Shown here: in pieces, positions 8,298 through 15,496 of the stretch | Numbering within the stretch: the stretch's first letter is position 1 | Layout: every line of letters begins with the position of its first letter | Virus record (IMG/VR): IMGVR_UViG_3300045988_119128 | Span: 1 to 21,658 of that record | Direction: 5' to 3' (one strand) | DNA from: a virus | Lineage: Duplodnaviria > Heunggongvirae > Uroviricota > Caudoviricetes | DNA: 21,658 nt | The notes under the pieces: generated by a model | What the model was told of the DNA's origin: nothing | What the model saw: the letters and a program-made list of their open reading frames with translations, nothing else | Database searches by the model: none | Program-made: the position numbers and the translations under genes

Positions 8298-9371
8298 TTA
8301 CGCTCCCGGCTCTGCGGTCACTTTAGTCGGTGTGGAGAAGTCACCGACCTTAATTTTTTCCACCAGACAACCGGCGGCGTAGTCTTCCACCACGTAATCA
8401 ATGTTCATTGACTCGTAGTTCTCCACGCGGTCGAGTTTCGGGTTTTCCACAATCACGCGGCGATGGCTGTCATCCATGTAGTAGATGGACAGGTTTTCCA
8501 GCTTCGTGATGAGCATCGCATCCGCCGGGAAGTACGGGACGCGTACCGCCGGCAGGTTACCGATGCGTTTCTGGCTGATGATGACGTCAGCGGCCAGCAT
8601 TTCGCTGTTGTCCTGCTCCTTGTTAACGATGGGGAAATACTTGTCCGCCAGTAGCTGACGCCCCACAATCACCACAAGGTCAGGGTCTTCCTGATACCAC
8701 GGTTCAATCAGGTTGTTGGTCGCATCCATCACCAGTGCGTCGAGGCTTACATAATCACCGCCCTTACCCACGCGGATAACCTCAGAGGTGGTGTGCCCTT
8801 CCTCGTCAGTGACCTTGCTCATCACGCGCGCCGGGGCTTCATTGCGGTATTTCTGCAGCCAGCCGACCGCCACATCCTGCAGCATCGGATTGCTGCTGCG
8901 GTCAGAGGTTTCGGCACGCCTCACGCCGTTAAAACCGGCCATGATTAAATCAAGGGACTGGCGTTTGATAATGGCGTTACGGACACGGAGCTGGAAATCC
9001 TGATAACGCGCCCACAGGTCCAGCGTTTTGTAGCGGATATAAAAATCGAAGTTAATCTGGTCGCATTCGTACTTGTTTGACGCCAGCTTCGAGAAGTCCT
9101 TCGGCTGACGCTCGGTGCCACCGGCGGTGTCTGTGGTGCTGGCGATGGAGCCGGTGACACCAATACCAATTTTTTCCCCTTTCATTTCGCTGACCGGCAC
9201 AATGTTGATGCGGGTCAGAAAGTCAGAGGACTCCTGCATGGTGTTCATCAGGGTCTGGGTGACCGACGGTTCAACGGTGAATTTTTTCGACACATCACCG
9301 GCGTCGATGCCGTTCAGTTCGGCAACACGGGACAGGTAGGCATTAAATTTAAAGCGGGTTTCCTGGCGCAT
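8298..9371 (-). CDS. N: Major capsid protein gpN
   Basis: 357 aa ORF, same length as P2 gpN; follows scaffold O. Confidence 0.93.
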   Translation of the reverse strand: MRQETRFKFNAYLSRVAELNGIDAGDVSKKFTVEPSVTQTLMNTMQESSDFLTRINIVPVSEMKGEKIGIGVTGSIASTTDTAGGTERQPKDFSKLASNKYECDQINFDFYIRYKTLDLWARYQDFQLRVRNAIIKRQSLDLIMAGFNGVRRAETSDRSSNPMLQDVAVGWLQKYRNEAPARVMSKVTDEEGHTTSEVIRVGKGGDYVSLDALVMDATNNLIEPWYQEDPDLVVIVGRQLLADKYFPIVNKEQDNSEMLAADVIISQKRIGNLPAVRVPYFPADAMLITKLENLSIYYMDDSHRRVIVENPKLDRVENYESMNIDYVVEDYAAGCLVEKIKVGDFSTPTKVTAEPGA

Positions 9372-9429
9372 AGTTTTTCCTGAAATTAAGGGTTAATCGT
9401 GAAGGTTTTCCCGGACTGACTGACGCCGG

Positions 9430-10284
9430 TCAGCAGTTCGTCATCAGGGCGTCACCGCCACCACCGGTGGCCTTGCTGCGGCGCTGCTGGGTCAGACTTT
9501 CGGTGTGGTCGAGACTGTTTTTCAGGCGGGTGAATGCCTGGCTGGTTTCATCCGCCCTGTCAGTCACATCCTGCTTAAGTGCGGAAAAAGCGGTTTCCAT
9601 CTCAGCGAGGCGCTGCTCAGTGGCGCTCAGTTTTTCCTGCACATGTTCAGCAACAGCGGTCACCGCTTCATGCACGTCATTCAGACGGGCGTCATCGCTG
9701 GCCTGTTTGCGGCCAAAAATGGACTTCACCTTTTCGGTCAGGGCGGTGAACACGGTTTCAGGCAGGTCTTCAAATTCCAGCTCAACGGGCGTTGCCACTG
9801 AAATCAGGTTTTCAGGGCTTAATTTGAAGCGGTTCAGGGGGTTGTGTTTTGCCGTGCGGCAGAATTCCAGGTATTCCGTGCCGAGGCTTGCCGGGTCATC
9901 GGTGACGGCCAGACCCACCAGATAACATTTGCCTGTATTGGCAAAGTTCGGCTGAATTTCCATTGAGGTATAGACCTTCTGCGCGGCCTTGTTCATCGCG
10001 ATAAGGTCATCGGTCGGGGTGATTTTCGCAAACAGCGCCCATTTGCCTTTCAGCGCCGAATCATCGTCAATCTTTTCGGCCTTCAGTTCGACCACATCGC
10101 CATAACGCTTAAAAATACCGTCAGGCAGGACGCCGCGCAGATGTTCCAGGTTAATGCGGCAACCATAGACTCGCGGGTCAAAGGTTTCGGCCATTTCCTG
10201 AATATCCTGCGCACTGATGACACGCCCGTCACAGGTGTCACCCTCAACGCCGATACGAAAGAATTTTGAGACTTTTTTTGCCAT
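9430..10284 (-). CDS. O: Capsid scaffolding protein gpO
   Basis: ATG at 10284-10282 gives 284 aa starting MAKKVSKFFRIGVEGDTCDGRV, matching P2 gpO; AGGA Shine-Dalgarno upstream. ORF-track frame is extended upstream. Confidence 0.88.
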   Translation of the reverse strand: MAKKVSKFFRIGVEGDTCDGRVISAQDIQEMAETFDPRVYGCRINLEHLRGVLPDGIFKRYGDVVELKAEKIDDDSALKGKWALFAKITPTDDLIAMNKAAQKVYTSMEIQPNFANTGKCYLVGLAVTDDPASLGTEYLEFCRTAKHNPLNRFKLSPENLISVATPVELEFEDLPETVFTALTEKVKSIFGRKQASDDARLNDVHEAVTAVAEHVQEKLSATEQRLAEMETAFSALKQDVTDRADETSQAFTRLKNSLDHTESLTQQRRSKATGGGGDALMTNC

Positions 10285-10457
10285 TGTCAGGAGTCCTGAA
10301 TAGTGATTAGAGGAGTCACATGTCGGCATCAGTTTCCCGACGATGCGCATCCTCCGCCATCAGTCCCGGATGGCTTATCACTGACACAACAGCACCTTAG
10401 CGAATCGCGGGGCGCGACTCAGTAGCCTTGCCGTGTATTCATCACGGCGAGGTATTC
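10285..10457. promoter_or_regulatory. Divergent late-promoter region between O (leftward) and P (rightward)
   Basis: 173-bp gap between divergently transcribed O and P, the position of the PO and PP late promoters in P2. Contains dyads (GTCGG-N10-CCGAC near 10322-10341; CCGTG-N7-CACGG near 10430-10446). An exact TGT-N12-ACA activator motif was not found. Confidence 0.4.
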
Positions 10458-12230
10458 ATGACCATCACCACAGACACCACTCTTTTACACGACCCGCGTC
10501 GTCAGGCGGCGCTGCTGTACTGGCAGGGGTTTTCCGTGCCGCAGATTGCCGCCATGTTGCAGATGAAACGCCCGACGGTGCAGAGCTGGAAACAGCGCGA
10601 CGGCTGGGACAGCGTTGCCCCCATCAGCCGTGTCGAAATGAGTCTGGAAGCGCGGCTGACCCAGCTCATCATCAAACCGCAGAAAACCGGCGGTGACTTC
10701 AAGGAAATTGACCTGCTGGGACGCCAGATTGAACGGCTGGCGCGGGTCAACCGCTACAGTCAGACCGGCAACGAGGCAGACCTTAATCCGAACGTCGCTA
10801 ACCGCAACAAAGGCGGGCGTCGCAAACCGAAAAAGAATTTTTTCAGTGACGAGGCCATCGAAAAGCTGGAGCAGATTTTCTTTGAGCAGTCTTTCGACTA
10901 TCAGTTGCACTGGTATCGCGCCGGGCTTGAGCACCGCATCCGCGATATCCTGAAATCCCGCCAGATTGGCGCGACGTTTTATTTTTCCCGCGAGGCGCTG
11001 CTGCGCGCCCTGAAAACCGGTCATAACCAGATTTTTCTGTCGGCCAGTAAAACGCAGGCGTATGTGTTCCGCGAATACATCATCGCCTTTGCCCGGCTGG
11101 TTGACGTTGACCTGACCGGTGACCCGATTGTCCTGGGCAATAACGGCGCAAAACTGATTTTTCTCGGCACCAACTCCAACACCGCGCAGAGCCATAACGG
11201 CGACCTGTACGTCGATGAGATTTTCTGGATCCCGAATTTTCAGGTACTGCGTAAGGTGGCATCAGGTATGGCCTCACAGAGTCACCTGCGCTCGACCTAT
11301 TTCTCCACCCCGTCCACGCTGGCGCACGACGCCTATCCGTTCTGGTCGGGTGAACTGTTCAACCGGGGACGCGCCAGCGCCGCCGAACGCGTGGAAATCG
11401 ACGTCAGTCATAACGCCCTTGCCGGTGGGCTTCTCTGTGCGGACGGCCAGTGGCGGCAGATTGTCACCATTGAGGACGCCCTGAAAGGTGGCTGCACGCT
11501 GTTCGACATTGAGCAGCTTAAACGCGAAAACAGCGCCGACGATTTTAAAAACCTGTTCATGTGTGAATTTGTTGACGACAAGGCGTCGGTATTCCCGTTC
11601 GAGGAGCTGCAACGCTGCATGGTCGACACGCTGGAAGAATGGGAAGACTATGCGCCGTTTGCCGCGAATCCGTTCGGCTCCCGCCCGGTCTGGATTGGTT
11701 ACGACCCGTCACACCGTGGCGACAGTGCCGGATGCGTGGTGCTGGCACCGCCGGTGGTGGCCGGTGGCAAATTCAGAATACTTGAGCGTCACCAGTGGAA
11801 AGGCATGGACTTTGCCACCCAGGCTGAATCCATCCGCAAACTCACCGAAAAATACAACGTCGAATACATCGGTATTGATGCCACCGGCCTCGGTGTCGGC
11901 GTGTTCCAGCTCGTGCGCTCGTTCTATCCCGCCGCGCGCGACATCCGCTACACGCCGGAAATGAAAACCGCAATGGTGCTCAAGGCAAAAGACGTCATCC
12001 GCCGTGGCTGTCTGGAATACGACGTCAGCGCCACCGACATCACCAGCTCGTTTATGGCTATCCGCAAGACCATGACCAGCAGCGGACGCAGTGCCACCTA
12101 TGAAGCTAGCCGCAGCGAGGAAGCCAGCCACGCCGACCTCGCCTGGGCGACCATGCACGCCCTGTTAAATGAGCCACTCACCGCCGGTATCAGCACCCCG
12201 CTGACATCCACCATTCTGGAGTTTTACTGA
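10458..12230 (+). CDS. P: Terminase large (ATPase) subunit gpP
   Basis: ATG at 10458 with GAGG Shine-Dalgarno gives 590 aa starting MTITTDTTLLHDPRRQAALLYWQG, matching P2 gpP length and N-terminus. Confidence 0.93.
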   Translation: MTITTDTTLLHDPRRQAALLYWQGFSVPQIAAMLQMKRPTVQSWKQRDGWDSVAPISRVEMSLEARLTQLIIKPQKTGGDFKEIDLLGRQIERLARVNRYSQTGNEADLNPNVANRNKGGRRKPKKNFFSDEAIEKLEQIFFEQSFDYQLHWYRAGLEHRIRDILKSRQIGATFYFSREALLRALKTGHNQIFLSASKTQAYVFREYIIAFARLVDVDLTGDPIVLGNNGAKLIFLGTNSNTAQSHNGDLYVDEIFWIPNFQVLRKVASGMASQSHLRSTYFSTPSTLAHDAYPFWSGELFNRGRASAAERVEIDVSHNALAGGLLCADGQWRQIVTIEDALKGGCTLFDIEQLKRENSADDFKNLFMCEFVDDKASVFPFEELQRCMVDTLEEWEDYAPFAANPFGSRPVWIGYDPSHRGDSAGCVVLAPPVVAGGKFRILERHQWKGMDFATQAESIRKLTEKYNVEYIGIDATGLGVGVFQLVRSFYPAARDIRYTPEMKTAMVLKAKDVIRRGCLEYDVSATDITSSFMAIRKTMTSSGRSATYEASRSEEASHADLAWATMHALLNEPLTAGISTPLTSTILEFY

Positions 12231-13264
12231 TGAGCAAGAAAAAAGGGAAAACACCGCAACCTGCGGCAAAAAAAATGACCGCCAGCGCCCCGAAAATGGC
12301 GGCATTCACCTTTGGTGAGCCGGTGCCGGTACTCGACCGCCGTGATATTCTGGATTACGTCGAGTGCATCAGTAACGGCAGATGGTATGAGCCACCGGTC
12401 AGCTTTACCGGTCTGGCAAAAAGCCTGCGTGCTGCCGTGCATCACAGCTCACCGATTTACGTCAAACGTAATATTCTGGCCTCAACGTTTATCCCGCACC
12501 CGTGGCTTTCCCAGCAGGATTTCAGCCGCTTTGTGCTGGATTTTCTGGTGTTCGGTAATGCGTTTCTGGAAAAGCGTTACAGCACTACCGGTAAGGTCAT
12601 CAGACTGGAAACCTCACCGGCAAAATATACCCGCCGTGGGGTGGAGGAGGATGTTTACTGGTGGGTGCCGTCCTTCAACGAGCCGACACCTTTCACGCCC
12701 GGCTCCGTGTTTCACCTGCTGGAGCCGGATATTAATCAGGAGCTGTACGGCCTGCCGGAATATCTCAGCGCCCTTAACTCTGCCTGGCTGAATGAGTCGG
12801 CCACGCTGTTCCGCCGCAAGTATTACGAAAACGGCGCACATGCCGGATACATCATGTACGTCACTGATGCCGTGCAGGATCGCAACGATATCGAAATGCT
12901 TCGCGAAAACATGGTGAAGTCGAAAGGCCGCAACAACTTTAAAAACCTGTTTCTCTATGCCCCACAGGGAAAAGCCGACGGCATTAAAATTATCCCGCTC
13001 AGTGAAGTGGCGACGAAGGACGATTTTTTTAATATCAAAAAAGCCAGTGCCGCAGACCTGCTGGACGCGCACCGCATCCCCTTTCAGTTGATGGGCGGCA
13101 AGCCGGAGAACGTCGGGTCGCTGGGTGATATTGAGAAAGTGGCAAAGGTCTTTGTCCGCAATGAGCTTATCCCGTTACAGGACAGGATCCGTGAGATAAA
13201 CGGCTGGCTCGGTCAGGAGGTCATCCGCTTTAAAAACTACTCACTGGACACTGACAACGGCTGA
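12230..13264 (+). CDS. Q: Portal protein gpQ
   Basis: 344 aa ORF, same length as P2 gpQ; start overlaps the P stop; followed by terminator and cos. Confidence 0.93.
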   Translation: MSKKKGKTPQPAAKKMTASAPKMAAFTFGEPVPVLDRRDILDYVECISNGRWYEPPVSFTGLAKSLRAAVHHSSPIYVKRNILASTFIPHPWLSQQDFSRFVLDFLVFGNAFLEKRYSTTGKVIRLETSPAKYTRRGVEEDVYWWVPSFNEPTPFTPGSVFHLLEPDINQELYGLPEYLSALNSAWLNESATLFRRKYYENGAHAGYIMYVTDAVQDRNDIEMLRENMVKSKGRNNFKNLFLYAPQGKADGIKIIPLSEVATKDDFFNIKKASAADLLDAHRIPFQLMGGKPENVGSLGDIEKVAKVFVRNELIPLQDRIREINGWLGQEVIRFKNYSLDTDNG

Positions 13265-13269
13265 ACATC

Positions 13270-13291
13270 GCCGCCTGCGGGCGGCTTTTTT
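13270..13291 (+). terminator. Rho-independent terminator of the P-Q operon
   Basis: GCCGCC (13270-13275), loop TGCG, GGCGGC (13280-13285), then TTTTTT (13286-13291), 5 nt after the Q stop. Confidence 0.65.
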
Positions 13292-13432
13292 ACACCCCGT
13301 CATCACGCCCTCACACGCTCACCACCGCACAAAACACCCCGCAGACACACCAACGCCCCGGCGCACAATCTAAACGCCATCACGACGCGCTGAGACGCTA
13401 AAAAATAAAATCAGCACCACCGCCAGCGCGCA

Positions 13433-13451
13433 GTGCTTTCCCCGCCTCGCC
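13433..13451. other. cos cohesive-end site (packaging/termination site)
   Basis: GTGCTTTCCCCGCCTCGCC is the reverse complement of the 19-nt P2 cohesive end GGCGAGGCGGGGAAAGCAC as I recall it; the adjacent bases also resemble the start of the P2 genome. Lies about 170 bp beyond the portal gene, as in P2. Confidence 0.75.
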
Positions 13452-13667
13452 CGCCCGCTTCGTGGGGCGATTTTAATGCGGTTGCATGACAAATAGAAAT
13501 GCATGCTAGCCTTTACATAAGGACTACTTAGCAACACTTATATCCTCATGCAAATTCATGCAGGTTCTACATGTAATACTTTGTCTAGACAATATAAAAC
13601 TTGCACATGTTACAAAAGAAGCCTCTAAAAAAAGCAATGAGGATTCAGCCTATCAAATAACAAAATA

Positions 13668-14699
13668 TCACAAGAACTCAATTACAAATTCATTCTCTTG
13701 ATACTTACGTCCTAACATAACTTCATGTGCCGTTTCATAATTTGGCTTAACTTTTAAAGATGCATTATTATGTTTCAACAAAGTTTTAGCCCTGTACATT
13801 CCTATTCCGCTTCCCGCACGATTACTCTTTTTAGCCATAACACCAGAGTACCCCTCAATAAAGATCTTATCGATCTCATCAGGATTAATTACAAGGCTAA
13901 CCATCTTAAATGAAATAGATAATTTTTTTGTCTCTGTGTTTTTATCGAAACAAATCACCAACCTCGAATCAGGCTTAATATATTTAACAGAGTTTTCAAT
14001 TAAATGATACACAGCAACCTGAAAAGTCTCATAATCAATATATACCGTATCATTAGATTCAGCCACTTCAACACGAATTCCCTTATCCGTAAACTCAGGG
14101 AAAAAGACATACACTATATTCATTAAAACTCGATGAATACTATGATTTCTCAATGCTATTTTTGGATGCTCACTCAATAAAGCATTATAAACATCTATCT
14201 CAGCCTTCATCTTGAGTGTATTTTTTGCAATATTAACTAATGACAATCCTGCATCATATGGGTCTTCAGCCACCTGTTCTTTTATTCTATTTTTCCAACC
14301 CGCTCGCTTATCCTGCATAACTTCTTGAGGGATAATAGAGTAAACCTCTTGGATAATATGACCATTGAGAGTAACCAAGTTATGAATCAATCGATTAACA
14401 TGTTGCTTTGCCTCTTCCTTAGCCTTACGGTGAGCTTCTTGCACGGAAGGAATACCGTCAAGCAACATCTCAGCTTTAGCTCGTGCAACTTTCGAACTCT
14501 TAAGCATTGCATCATTTGCTGATATTAATGTTACAACTCCAAATTGATTGGATACTCTTACAGCTCTATAGGCAACTTTATTATATGAGAACTTAACTGA
14601 CTCTGCCTTCAGAGAGTTGAAGTGCTCTAAAAGCTCCCTCTCAATATTATTGACTAACAAACAACCATCTGTCGTTTCCAACTTATAATAAAAAGACAT
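13668..14699 (-). CDS. Histidine-kinase-like ATPase (GHKL family), soluble; cargo gene 2 of island
   Basis: 343 aa AT-rich ORF with ATG at 14699-14697, 12 nt after the upstream gene stop. Motifs by eye: candidate H-box LIHNLVTLNGH, N-box-like VYHLIENSVKY, G2-like GSGIGMY; no clean DxGxG G1 box. No TM segment. Confidence 0.65.
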   Translation of the reverse strand: MSFYYKLETTDGCLLVNNIERELLEHFNSLKAESVKFSYNKVAYRAVRVSNQFGVVTLISANDAMLKSSKVARAKAEMLLDGIPSVQEAHRKAKEEAKQHVNRLIHNLVTLNGHIIQEVYSIIPQEVMQDKRAGWKNRIKEQVAEDPYDAGLSLVNIAKNTLKMKAEIDVYNALLSEHPKIALRNHSIHRVLMNIVYVFFPEFTDKGIRVEVAESNDTVYIDYETFQVAVYHLIENSVKYIKPDSRLVICFDKNTETKKLSISFKMVSLVINPDEIDKIFIEGYSGVMAKKSNRAGSGIGMYRAKTLLKHNNASLKVKPNYETAHEVMLGRKYQENEFVIEFL

Positions 14700-14711
14700 T
14701 TTAAAGCACCA

Positions 14712-15329
14712 TCAAGCAAAACTTTCTACAATTGTCTGGAACTGATAAGGATCTGCATCCTTTGGTAAAAAATCGTCTACCTCTCGAAGAGCTTTATGGA
14801 ATCTATCACCTGTTTGCTCTGCGGAGTAGATAATGATTTTCTTTTCTGGATATTTTGTTTTCAAAGCGAGAGCCAAGCCCAACCCTTCTTCGTTAGGTGT
14901 AATTTCAAGCCCAACCCCTTGTATATCAACAAAGATTATCTTAGCTTCCCTTATTTCGACTTGATCAATACTATCTGCATCCTTAATTAGCTTCGTATGC
15001 ACCCAACCGGCCTTTTGTAAAATCTTAACTACTTTAAATCTCACTTCATCATCAATAAAAAGTATTTTTGTAGTGTTTTTTTTATAATCCAGATCTTTTT
15101 TATCATCCACCATGGCATCATCCTTCTTAGAAGAGTCTAAGTTACCATTATAGATGTTCAAATTGACATTTTGTTCATTTGTAATCGGTTTGGAGTCCTG
15201 AACAACAGCCTGTGTTTGGCCTGAAAAGAACTTTTTCCACACGACACTCCCAAGCCACCCAACAATAGTTACACCAACACCACCAAAAGCCCAGTTGATT
15301 AAAGGATGAGAAGACGGGTCGAAATCCAT
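14712..15329 (-). CDS. Membrane-anchored receiver-domain (REC) protein without DNA-binding output; cargo gene 1 of island
   Basis: ATG at 15329-15327 with GAGG Shine-Dalgarno 6 nt upstream gives 205 aa (MDFDPSS...); the ORF-track start at 15386 is a TTG. One N-terminal TM helix (INWAFGGVGVTIVGWLGSVVW), a charged linker, then a CheY-like receiver: KILFIDDE, IIFVDIQG (candidate phosphoacceptor Asp), IIIYSA, LPKD. Confidence 0.7.
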   Translation of the reverse strand: MDFDPSSHPLINWAFGGVGVTIVGWLGSVVWKKFFSGQTQAVVQDSKPITNEQNVNLNIYNGNLDSSKKDDAMVDDKKDLDYKKNTTKILFIDDEVRFKVVKILQKAGWVHTKLIKDADSIDQVEIREAKIIFVDIQGVGLEITPNEEGLGLALALKTKYPEKKIIIYSAEQTGDRFHKALREVDDFLPKDADPYQFQTIVESFA

Positions 15330-15357
15330 GATAACCTCAATAAAATAAGAAAATTCT

Positions 15358-15386
15358 ACTATAAACAAAATTCTTAATTCGATCAA
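15358..15386 (-). promoter_or_regulatory. Candidate sigma70 promoter for the island operon
   Basis: On the minus strand: -35 TTGATC (15386-15381), 17-bp spacer, -10 TATAGT (15363-15358), about 30 nt upstream of the REC-gene ATG, in the AT-rich gap after the A stop. Confidence 0.35.
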
Positions 15387-15496
15387 TAGCTTAAAAAATC
15401 GACACCCGATGTGGTTGGTAGGCTATATGCTGTAGAAGTAGACAATTTCGTTCATCAGTTACTAAAAAACCTCAAACGATAGTAGTTAAGCCCCAA

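Noticed and set aside
10285-10457. Exact TGT-N12-ACA late-promoter activator motif
   Set aside because: Searched by eye between O and P and upstream of V; only near-misses (such as TGT-N11-ACA near 3192-3208), so no site is asserted.
10485-11195. 236 aa minus-strand ORF
   Set aside because: Lies wholly inside and antisense to the terminase large subunit gene.
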